A stretch of DNA of 63,934 bases, filler included, from Reticulomyxa filosa (lineage: Eukaryota; Protista; Foraminifera): assembly GCA_000512085.1 (NCBI GenBank). It is 15 parts of 15 records of this genome, joined end to end, with 100 filler letters (N's around TTAATTAATTAA, not from the genome) between each part and the next. Parts side by side here need not be neighbours in the genome. Positions count along the whole stretch, not along the records: positions 36,496 to 38,107 come from ASPP01018901.1; positions 38,208 to 41,871 come from ASPP01018876.1; positions 41,972 to 48,264 come from ASPP01027587.1; positions 48,365 to 52,603 come from ASPP01045392.1; 11 more parts are not named here. One strand, written 5' to 3'. Under the pieces are notes generated by a model. The model saw nothing but the letters and a program-made list of their open reading frames with translations. It was not told the DNA's origin and ran no database searches. The number at the start of each line of letters is the position of its first letter. The stretch's first letter is position 1. Positions 36,520 to 48,739 of this stretch are shown here, piece by piece. A program made the position numbers and the translations under genes.

Positions 36520-37700
36520 GATGCAACAGGGCATAGGTCAAATAACAAGCTGCCTGTGGCATTATTTGCAAGTTGTAACCGCCTTCCAATAACGCCACAA
36601 TGCTAGGAGCAATCTCATCTTTCCATTTGACGTGATTGTACAGGCAATCAATAAACTTACCATACATTGGCAGAGTCACGTTCATTATCCCCCAAAGGAT
36701 CGCCAATGCATGCGTCAAACCTGCTCGATATCAGTATCATCTCCGGCTTAAACGACTCCAGGATTAGACATATCACAGCTTCAAAACATTGCGTATATTC
36801 ATTATCGCTCATTCACCTCCACAAAGGCATGTCCACAACATTGTGAGCTCCGCCCGTCTCTTTCGCAAATCCACTTTGTGGATAAAACGAACCATTGTCA
36901 CCATGATGAATCAATATGCAAAACAGTTTTGTGTTCCATTGCCATGATGAACATCCCTTTTTTTATTATTGTTGCTATTATCATTATGGTGACGATTTTA
37001 TTGATTTTTGATTAGTTGACTTTAGTTTTTTTTTTTTTTTTACAAACCAATCAATAATTGCAAATCTCTGATATTTGTTGAAACTTTTGTATTTATGTTT
37101 GATGGTATTGATCACGACCACTACATTGCTGAATAAGCAAAACTCCATTGTCGTGTACTTTTCGCAGTGATGCCCTGGCAGTCTCACCACCGCAAAACCA
37201 CTATCCAATTCTTTTCTTATTACCTTTTCCATCAGGTCGATGATCGATCCGACTGCCAGCAACGCTTTTTCGTGTCTCTCTAACTACAAACGACCAAAGG
37301 ATAGTGGGGATTTATATTACAAAGTCTTTTTCTTGATATATAAGATAGAGTTGAAATCCTTTCTCGAATGCACATACCAGCTTCTGCTGAATCTTTGCAA
37401 AAGTATGTATCTGAATCAATGTAATAGTAATCCTTCATGTACGCGCTCGAATCGTTGTGTCCATTCAGTCTTTGGTAATATGAGACTCGTCATGAGTTAA
37501 CAATAGCTGTTCTTCTGTCGCTAACGGAATATCTTTCACCGTCACTTGAACACACTGACCAAGTAGTCTTTGTTTTTCCAACCCTTTTACAATCTTCTCC
37601 ACTCTCGCCAGAGATTCTGGATAATTTTTTGTGCCAATATGCAAGAGATATTTTTCATGATACGCAAGTCAACATTTTTCTTTTTACTATCTGGCCCTTT
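36520..37700 (-). pseudogene. Class II histone deacetylase (HDA1/HDAC6-like) pseudogene
   Basis: Motifs YPESLARV, ATEEQLLLTH, GFAVVRLPGHH, MEFCLFSN, IIDW|DVHHGNGTQ, FYPQSG, FDACIGDPLG and LEGGYNL. It has in-frame stops, a deletion after GNGTQ, a frameshift after DPLG and substitutions at invariant residues. Confidence 0.85.
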
Positions 37701-38107
37701 CATTTATTCAGGCAGTTTTTTTGGTGGCAATTATCTCCTTTTCTCTTTGTACTTTTTTTGTTTTTTACAGTAGGCAAAAAAAAAAAAAAAGAATGCACCA
37801 GATCAAAAGAAATTTAACATGTTATAAGTGTCAATTTTAGTTTGTCGTATTTGTCAATTTTCAAGTCCATTTTGTTAGTGACAATGAAATCTTGTTTCAA
37901 TGTCAGAGAAGACAACACAACTTGTTGTTTGTCAGATGAGAGAGTAGACAAGTCGAGGTATCGGATGGGATCAATGATTGTTCGGCATAGCTTTGAGCAT
38001 AAAGGTGATCGGTCATAAGAAGTTGGTTGCTAACATGTGCTGTTTGTTGTTATCGTTCAATTTGTTTTTGTTCCCGCAACGACTTCAGAGCTCTTCTTTC
38101 TTCCGGC

Positions 38108-38207
38108 NNNNNNNNNNNNNNNNNNNNNNNNNNNNNNNNNNNNNNNNNNNNTTAATTAATTAANNNNNNNNNNNNNNNNNNNNNNNNNNNNNNNNNNNNN
38201 NNNNNNN
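38108..38207. other. Artificial contig spacer
   Basis: 44 N + TTAATTAATTAA + 44 N. Confidence 0.98.
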
Positions 38208-39415
38208 ATGATAATGATAATGATAATGACGGCAATGATGAAGACAAAGATAATAAAAAAGGTGTCAACTACTTAAAGGCTCCATTTACGGATTACTGTC
38301 CGCACGTATTCCGCTATTTGCGTACGAAAATATATGGTGTGACTGATCGTGAGTATCTGGCGTCCATTGAACGGACGTCAAAAAACGAAAATACAATGGA
38401 CATTGTCACGAAATTCAGCGAAGGACGGAGTGGGGCTTTCTTCTTTTACACTTTGGACAACAAGTACATCATAAAGACAGTGACAAAGTCGGAGGCGCAG
38501 CTGTTGTTGAATATTCTGCCGCACTATAAAGAACACATGGACGAACATCGTGACAGCTATCTGAACAAATTCTTTGGCTTGCATTCTTTGAAAATGTATC
38601 GATTAGAAATCTACTTTGTCGTGTTGGCCAACGTATTCGTTCCAGGTCATGAGCCCCAAGAAAAGTATGACCTCAAAGGCTCTTGGATTGATCGTCATAC
38701 CAATCATCATGTGGACTTAGGTTAACATATACATATACATATACATATATGTATGTGCATATATATTTTTTTGTGGATCAATGTTAATGAACAAATAAAA
38801 GGCAAGTTAATGAAAGACGAAGATTTGAAAAAAGCATTGTTATTAGATCCGGAAGAGAGCCATAAGATGTTTCAACGCTTGAAAGATGACACACGCTTTT
38901 TGATGAAACAACATATAATGGATTATTCGCTATTGTTAGGCATTTATTATGTTAGTGTCGATCCCGCTACCATAACCAAAAATCCTGATAATGACTCTTC
39001 CGATGTTGCACAATCCTCCAATGATGTGCACGAAGACAATGATCCTGTCATTACTCTTAAGGCCTTGAACTCCACACGTCCTCTACCCGAAAGCTTCAGT
39101 CTCAAACCTGATCATCGTCCCAGAGCACCCACCTATACCTCCAGCAAAGATACAGTGGGTAACCACAACAACGCAGAATGTGCAAGAGCCATCGAGGGTC
39201 CTGGCATCTACTTTGTTGGTATCATTGACATGTTACAGAAATGGGACACCAACAAAAAAGTTGAAAGTTATGTCAAAAATTATTTGCGTTGTAAAGATCG
39301 GAATGGTTTGTCTTGTGTGGAACCTGGATTTTATCGGACAAGGTTTTTAAGAAAAATGCTTGCAATTGGAATCAAACCTGATGTTACTCGATGTAGGGAC
39401 TCAGATGACGACTAA
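38208..39415 (+). CDS. PIP5K: Phosphatidylinositol-4-phosphate 5-kinase family protein (5' partial)
   Basis: DYCPHVFRYLR, SEGRSGAFFFYTLDNKYIIKT, YDLKGS, MKDEDL, IMDYSLLLG, YFVGIIDMLQKW and SCVEPGFYRTRF; intron at about 38722-38801. Confidence 0.95.
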
Positions 39416-40282
39416 CTAAAATTAAGTATATTAAATAAATTCATCTTCTCTCATTTTTTGGCCGTTGTTTTCTCTTTTCCTTCACTTGTTTTGTCATTGT
39501 AATCGCCAAATGCTTTATTATTAATACTATTATTATACTGTTGTCGTTTTTTTCCCTCTATTGACAAAGATAATACTCCGTTCAATTACAAATCAAACAT
39601 TTTTTTCAAACCAAAAATAACTGTAATTTTGGTGCTTCATCAAAGTTTTGTTTCCTGAGGACCGGTCTCTCATTTCAAATGAGATGAAATACTGCCAAAC
39701 ACTATATTGATAACCTAGAATACCAGCAAAACACTGTTGATGCTCCAAAATATATGGGAGAATATTAAAACTTGCATTTGAGTCAGGAGAGAAATTCAAT
39801 GTATTTGATTAAAACCTTATTTGTTTCTTTTTTCTTTTGGTTATTTAATGCTTATTCTACCAAGTTAACGCTTGAAAATTGTTTGGTGGCAATTCCGCTG
39901 TGCGTGTTTTTTTTTAATTTAATGGTCTTGCTGCTTTTCAAAACACAGTTCGTTAGTTCACTCAGCAAATTTTGGTAATTAGTCGCATATAGAGACTGAA
40001 AATACAATACAAAATTTTTTTGATATCAAAAGAAATATCTAAAGAAAGGTGGCTTGTAGTGAAGTTTACGGTCAAACTTGTAACTATTTTTACTCTCAAA
40101 ATCAAAAAAGACTAGTCGTCATTTATTAGAATAACGTCAGTAATTTCAAAAAAAGCCAGGTAAAATCAGTAATTGCTTTGTGCCTAGTTCAAAGCGCGTG
40201 GTACTGTAAATTATTGCCCTAAATTATAATATAAATAAAATAAACACGGCGAAGGAAAAAATCTTGACTAAATTTTGGAAGG

Positions 40283-41038
40283 ATGGCTTATGACTCTAAG
40301 ATTCACTCGAGAGGAAAAGGGAAAGAGAAAGAAGGATTAAGAGTAGAAGAATTGAAAAAAAAGAAAATAGAATCTTGGAAGTATTTGACTGCAAAAGAGT
40401 TAGAGGAAATAATGAAAAACGAAAAAGAAACAGAGAAAATGATAATAATTGATGTAAGATCAGAAAAAAAGGATTGGATAGGTGGAAATATAAAAGGAAG
40501 TATCAACATTTCATTTGAAATATTTTTATCAAAAATAGAAGAAATAATTAATTTATATAATAATAAAAAATATATTATAATACATTGTATGCATTCAAAA
40601 GTTAATAAATAATATATATTATATGTTGAAATATATTGAAATATATTATACATATGAATACATGAATAGTGTCGAGCTCCTCATATTGCAACTTGGTATT
40701 GTTCAATTATTCAACATTTATTTAAAATATATAACAAAAATCGATTTACAAGCTCAATATGGAAAAAGAAGAATAATAATGATTGTGATAATAATAGTAA
40801 TAATATTTTAGATTTATCTAAAATAAATTTAAGTTATTCTCAATATCAAAATTTACTTTTACAAAAAGTTTTTGTATTACAATCTGGTTTTCATGGTTGG
40901 ATAAATGATCATTTTAAATTGTGTTATCCTTCTTCTGATCCTTATCATCATCCATTTATTTCCAATTTTCACCCAAACATGTGGGTTATTACACAAGATC
41001 ATTCTTTACAATTTCATTTTACTCATATTACTGAATAA
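40283..41038 (+). CDS. Cdc25-like rhodanese-domain phosphatase / arsenate reductase (Acr2/Ych1-type)
   Basis: IIIDVR...DWIGGNIKGSINI. The active-site motif HCMHSK|CRAP (HCx5R) is formed across intron 40601-40669, followed by VFVLQSGFHGW; stop at 41036-41038. Confidence 0.88.
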
Positions 41039-41234
41039 CATATATTATATTAAAAGATTATCTGAAGAACAAATTTTCAAAAATTTTGTCTGTTTATTTT
41101 CTTTTTATTCAAAAGTTTCTTTTCTTCATTTATTAAAAAAAATTATTAAATCATTTCCAATTTAATGGACAAAAGCGATTCATTTAGATCGAATATATTT
41201 CGAAATTATCAATTGTAAAAAAAATTTCTTAATA

Positions 41235-41440
41235 GTGATTTTGAAAACTTACAACTACCTTCATGAAGTACATATCTTCAGCAATACGGTAATATAAAAA
41301 TTACATTTTTAAACTTTGAAAAAAAGAAACGACAAAAATGATGCTAGATAAAAAAATAAAAAATCTGAAACTAGACCCTTTTTAATGAACTCTTCAACTA
41401 GTAGTAATTTTGTTGTTATATTTTCTAATTAAATATATAT
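41235..41440 (+). repeat. Dispersed repeat homologous to 22750-22950
   Basis: gatgctagataaaaaaataaaaaatctgaaactagac...gaactcttcaactagtagtaattttgttgttatattttc aligns with gatgccagataaaaa...tctggaactggac...aaactcttcaacacgtcataattttgtttttgtattttc. Confidence 0.7.
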
Positions 41441-41479
41441 CTTTTTTAACTTGATTTCAACACAAATTGGTTCAAAGAG

Positions 41480-41871
41480 AAAAAAATTATGTAATCTATT
41501 CTACACAGCATACAATTCTGTGTTATATTTGACCCTAACTAATTTGCTCAATTTTTTTCTGTAGATGTCGAAAAATCGGTCATATCTCATAACAGTAATT
41601 TCTTTTGTCTTTCACTGTGTATTTTTATATAAAAATTGATCCAAATAACTTTGAACATGTCTCTTGTGTATGTGTATATTAGTAATTTGTTTAATTAAGT
41701 CATCATGATATGCTTTAACCATGACAATAGCCTCTTTGAATGTCAAAATAAACATTTTATCGCTAAAAGCCAAGTCTTCAAAAGGAAATTGTTTCATCAC
41801 AGACCCAATTTCGGCTTTGGCGTATTCATTCAATTGTTTGAAGATATAAATGAACTTGTGATAATGTTCTG
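41480..41871 (-). pseudogene. DARS: Cytosolic aspartyl-tRNA synthetase fragment, decayed
   Basis: EHYHKFIYIFKQLNEYAKAEIGSVMKQFPFEDLAFSDKMFILTFKEAIVM...KKLSKLVRVKYNTELYAV* resembles eukaryotic AspRS (EHYHEV...KQYPFE...LTFxE...LGxLVKEKYxTDFY), with deletions and stops. Confidence 0.7.
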
Positions 41872-41971
41872 NNNNNNNNNNNNNNNNNNNNNNNNNNNNN
41901 NNNNNNNNNNNNNNNTTAATTAATTAANNNNNNNNNNNNNNNNNNNNNNNNNNNNNNNNNNNNNNNNNNNN
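41872..41971. other. Artificial contig spacer
   Basis: 44 N + TTAATTAATTAA + 44 N. Confidence 0.98.
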
Positions 41972-42106
41972 GAATTAAAAAAGAAAAAAGAATTGTTAAA
42001 TAAATTTAAAAAAAAGACGAAACATTACCAATTCATTAAAAATTTAAAATGGAGCAAAGTTCGTTTCATGCAATATATTCAACATAGCGAGTGATAACCT
42101 CTTCTT

Positions 42107-43600
<1,494 letters not shown>

Positions 43601-43860
43601 GTACTTTTAATTTTCAAAAAAATTGAATGAAGGAATAAATAAAAAATGACAGATTTGCTGAATTTTTGGTATTGATTCATGATAATCTCTCAATTTTAGT
43701 TTTAGATAAAATAGCAAATCTTTTTCTTTTCCGTTTGTATGTATTGAAATCCTTTGGAATGATAACCATTCCAAAACTAATCATATCAAACTTCATGTAA
43801 AAATAAAACAAAGAAGTGGGTTTGGTAGCCGAGTTTTTCAAACAAAAAAACCCGTGCAAA

Positions 43861-45260
43861 ATGGTTGCAAATATTGTGAGGCTTTGTGCAGTACTCTTAT
43901 TGTTACTCGTGCTATTTTTAACCAAGCCTGATAAAGCTTCTTTTGATCTCTTTCTTCGTTCAAGATTTCAAAAGCAGCACATATCAACAGAAAGCTCTTC
44001 TCCTTACATTGTAGACAAACTTGGAATTGTTGTGCTAATGGATCATTCTTATGATAAACCACTTCAAAAGTCAATTTTTCATCAAGACTTTACATTTTTT
44101 TTTTCGATTGGATATGCTCAGCGGTCCCACTATGAGCTTTTGTACTTGGGCATTTTAAAGCATTGGATACCTTTGCCATATATCCCGAAATCAAAAACTC
44201 ACATTAAAGCCAAAGATAAAACAGTGTATGCTTTTGGCCTTTGTTGTGACAGCTATTGTATTTGCATTGCAGATCATTTTTTGAGTGGAAAAGAAAAAAA
44301 AAGTAATAAATATTTAAATTTTATTTTATTTTACTTTATTATTTTTTTTGTCAGTCACATCCGAAACTGAGTTTTTGATTTTGTTCATTTTTTTTAAAAT
44401 TTGAAACTCAGATCACAGTAAATGCATATGGTATTTTTGGAGTCACGACAGATTTATCAATATGCTTTTTATTGCGCATCTCTTCACTTTTTGTATTGCA
44501 TTGCGAATCTTTGAATTACCTTATCTCTTGCCATTCCATAATATTGAATGGATTTCGAACTATGCACAGCTATCTGTACCTAATCTCATAACCTCGTTTC
44601 CTTCCTTTCGTAATCTTTCTTGTATTGTCCTTTCTCCATTTGTGTCACTCACTTTTCGTGACTTAATCACAAATTTGATTTTCAATTTAATGGTCATTTC
44701 AGAAATAAATGAAGCAGGTATTTCCAATGGTTGGACTATTTTATTATTGATCGTTGGCGGTCTTGCCCATTTTTTAGGAGTTGCTTTTCATTACCAATTC
44801 CTATGTTACGTGTATATAAATAATTCTATTGTTTTAATTGCATTTTTTTTCCCCCGACATCGGAATGAAAAATATGCCAGTAAACCAAAAACGTGCCCTA
44901 AAGAAGAGCCAAGAGCTAACAATCAAAGTAACAGGTTTTTCTATGTGGTTCATAAAACACACAGCAGCAATACCTTTCCTCGTAGATCTTATTAATGAAT
45001 ATGGGAGCAGCGGGGGAAACACTGCAATGTTAGGACTTTTATGGTATCTTGCGCCCAACGTGAAATTTCAATGGTGTTTTAACGCTTTGGGTATTCCAAT
45101 TCCTTTGCCTCTGAATCTGACACCCTTTTGGCTAATGGTCGTTCGGCTTTGTATAGATGGTCTCCTATTAAGAAAAAATGGAAGTATGATTCTTGGACAA
45201 GCATTTGCATTTTTGTCAGGGATTTATTTGTATCACATTTGGCTCCCTTTCAACAGGTAA
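43861..45260 (+). CDS. Membrane protein: DUF4359-like N-terminus plus rhomboid-like domain (multi-exon)
   Basis: N-terminal LLLLVLFLTKPDKASF...QDFTFFFSIG...LYLGILKHWIPL. The C-terminal TM bundle has LSPFVSL...LITN, YGSSGG..AML...YLAPN and a final GQAFAFLSG helix, following the rhomboid pattern. Confidence 0.6.
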
Positions 45261-46532
45261 AGGATCATTCACTAAGATTTTGATTAAGTTTTTGAAGTAG
45301 TGCTGTTTCAGTGAAGCCATTCTTTGCAAAAGCTTTTGTTTTGGACTAATTAGTCAAAAAAAACTAAAGTAAGCAATAAATCAACATTTTGAAATGTCAG
45401 TTTTGGTAACTGCTGTTTAAAACAAATAATGAATGTTAAAAAATTATCATTTAAACAATACTTCCGTAATTTACATCATTTTTTCTTATTAAAGGAACAA
45501 TGCATAAAATCAAATGGTTTTTTGTCAAATGAAAATTTTTATTGATGTAATTTTAACACTGTTATAAAAAGTGTGAAGTAAGTACAAGTTATTTATAAAT
45601 ATTTTGTAAAACTTTGATGTTTTAAAATTTTTAACAAAAATGTTTAAAATTAAAAAAAATAAACATAAAGCATTGTCAAGATTATCATTTTATAATGAAA
45701 ACAAACATTTAAACATAATTTTTTAAAAATATTATAACATCTTTTTTTACAATTGTATTTGCTTTTTAATACTACTTTATTTAAATTTGTTTTTTGTTAC
45801 TTTTAAATGCGTGATTATAAAAAATCTTTTTTGTTCATTTTTTCTAATTAAAACTTTTTTAATATGAAAGGTACTTTATTATGCACTTAAACAGCACTTT
45901 TTCCGCTGTAGCGTGACGATTGAAAGTAATGATAGATAAAATCATGGGAAACAAGATAATAAATATAGTTTTGTTGTCCTTTCTTACTTTGAAGACTATT
46001 TGATTATTATACTGAGCCAGTTTAGGATAAAATAATTCTTCGGATAAAAATGTGACAGTATATTAAATAAGAAAATTTCATCAACTACTTCTAAAATCAC
46101 TAAAAATGTTTACTCATTAGCAGCATATCAATAAAAACAGAAACAGAACAAAAAGCTTATGAAATAAGTTCTTTCGAATTTGATTCACAAAGGTAATACA
46201 AATTAAACCAACACTATCATTCTTCTAATAACGGAAACGATGCTTATATCGGCTGATGAAATTATACTACAACATTTTTTTCATCAATCGTTTCCTTTTT
46301 CCTTGCAATCCATTATGTTCAGCAAGAAAACAACACTGCCGATCACTGAAAATTCGGCGTCAAGGGGAGCTTTTTTTTTTGCCATCATTTCCCACCACGA
46401 ACAAAAAGTAATGCGTGAAAACAATTTTTTTGCGTTCCGAAAGGATTTGACGTAAGGCTACTTCATTAAAAAAGAAGGTCTTGTCAAGTTAACTAAACAG
46501 AAAAAAACAAAGAAAAAACAGGTGTGAATCTT

Positions 46533-47087
46533 TTATGCAAGTTTGAGACCAGAATCATCAGATTTCTTTTTAAAGATGCGTTTCATTGACACTTTTTTGG
46601 CCTCGTTCATGAAAGTGGAAATCATTTTACCGTCTTTAAGTTCTCGTGTCATCCAACGGCTTTCTTTGCTTTCGGGACGGTCCTGTTCCTCTCGAATCAC
46701 CAACCCATCCTCACTGATTGTGGCTGTTGCTGTGATCTTTTTCTTGTCCATGTCTACATAATCCACTTTCGTTTTACCATCTAATTTGATTTGATATTCA
46801 AAGATAGGGCGTCCGGTAATGTTGACACGTATACGGATTACCCCTTCCTTTGGATCATGCAAAAGATGATTCGTCTCGCCTGCTACACCTGCGGCTTTTC
46901 GTATAATCCATGACGCACCTATTAAAAAAAGCCAAAGCAAATAAAAATGTCTGCATTTCATCACATATAAAAATAAAAAAATTCTAAAACCTTCAGACTT
47001 GTCCAAGTACTCGTCCATATTTTCACTGGACTCGACGTCCCATGTTCCGGTGAATGTTGGTGTTTTGGTTTCAGGAGCTTGTGCCAT
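46533..47087 (-). CDS. Fatty-acid-binding protein-like (intracellular lipid-binding protein, calycin fold)
   Basis: FTGTWDVESSENMDEYL...GASWIIRKAA is the FABP N-terminal signature; C-terminal TRELKDGKMISTF...MKRIFKK. One 72-nt intron at 46919-46990. Confidence 0.85.
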   Translation of the reverse strand: MAQAPETKTPTFTGTWDVESSENMDEYLDKSEGFRIFLFLYVMKCRHFYLLWLFLIGASWIIRKAAGVAGETNHLLHDPKEGVIRIRVNITGRPIFEYQIKLDGKTKVDYVDMDKKKITATATISEDGLVIREEQDRPESKESRWMTRELKDGKMISTFMNEAKKVSMKRIFKKKSDDSGLKLA

Positions 47088-47677
47088 GTCGAAAGCAAAA
47101 ACTGATAACAATAGTAATTACAAAAAAAGTGAACCCCAAATTCTTGTCTGGGTTAAAAGTTGATGTTTAAAGAAAAAAACACTTGTTAAAGAACAATTAC
47201 AAGAAAAAGTTAGCAACTTTGAAAAGACCAAAAATTCTAGACTTTTTAAAAATCTTTTATACCAAAGAACTTTTTAAGTGAAAACTAAAAAAGGCCACTT
47301 AAAAATGTTTGTATTGAAGAGATTTCTTAAAAGGACTCAGTCAAATTTTTCTTTTTAATTCGATAATGACCAGCTATCAATTCTAAAAATCGTTTTTCTT
47401 GAATTTCCTCCAATCTTGATATTTTAAAATCAACTCAATCGTTAGGCTTCATTGAAATTTTATATTGCATACAAATCAATTAATATCTTCTCTTATGATT
47501 TTCAAAGCACGACAGCCCTTGACGAATAAAAAAATGATTGTCAAGAGTTGTAAACTAAATTAAAGTAAGCACTTAAATCTTTTTTAAAAATGGGGACTGA
47601 TAGGTTCAAATTGTGATAATAGGAAACAAAAAGGCCTTGGTGACGCTCAAGTTTAATTTACAAATTGAACTTAGCCC

Positions 47678-48200
47678 ATGGCTCAAAGACAGCAAGCAGT
47701 AGTTCAAAGATTTTTTGAATTTGTGTTTCATGTGCCTGGAGATTGTTTTTGTTGCACGTGGTCAATAGCATGTTTTCTCGGTATCTTTATTGTTTATAGG
47801 TTTGAAAGCAACAAGGAAGCAAAAAAAAAAAAAAAGATAAACAAGCAAGCAAACACTAATTTGTTTTGTTTCGCTTTCACAAACGCGTACAAACAAATAA
47901 ACAAAAAAAAGAGACGGTGGAGCATATGGATGGGGATAAACGATGGCGGAGTATTTGTACAGGAGGGATGTCAACATTGGCATTATTAATAATATTTTTA
48001 TTGAACATGTCAATGTGCCCAGCGTACTATTGGAGCACAATTACAGAAACCATTTATGCAAATGCAATGAACAACAGCAATGTCACCACCACAACACCAA
48101 GCGCTTTCAATGCTATACTGCGAGAGCAGTCTTTTAATTTACCATTCACAACCTCTCTCCAATCAAAGTTCAACCCCTTTTTTTTTAAAAAAAAAAAAGG
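47678..48200 (+). CDS. Hypothetical membrane protein, 5' part
   Basis: ATG at 47678 with a hydrophobic segment, then ORF 47866-48225 with another (STLALLIIFLLNMSMC). Truncated by the contig end; exon structure uncertain. Confidence 0.45.
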
Positions 48201-48264
48201 TAAGAAGAATCTGTTCGCACTTTAAGTTTTATCACTAAAAAAAAAAAAAAAGGGGTTGTATGTC

Positions 48265-48364
48265 NNNNNNNNNNNNNNNNNNNNNNNNNNNNNNNNNNNN
48301 NNNNNNNNTTAATTAATTAANNNNNNNNNNNNNNNNNNNNNNNNNNNNNNNNNNNNNNNNNNNN
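48265..48364. other. Artificial contig spacer
   Basis: 44 N + TTAATTAATTAA + 44 N. Confidence 0.98.
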
Positions 48365-48739
48365 TTTTTTTATATTTTTATTTTTTATTTTTTATTTATA
48401 TTTGAGAGGAAAAAAATGGTTGGGAAAAGAGGGCGAAATTGTTAGGAAAAAATTGTGGGAAATAGTTGGGAAAAGAATGGAAGTAGGGGAAAAAAATTAG
48501 AAAAAATTTTGTTTAAGAAAATGGAAAAAAATGTAGAAAAAATTTTATTTAAGAAAAATGAAAAAAAATTAAAAACTGAAAAAAATAAAAAAGAATGAGA
48601 AAATAAAAAAATTAGAAATGTTGAAAAATGAAAAAAAAATGATAATTAAAAAAAAGATCAAAAAGAGAAAAAGGAAAAGATAAAAAAAAAAGGAAAAGTA
48701 AAAGAGAAAAAGGAATGAAAATGAAGGAGGAGAAGAAGA

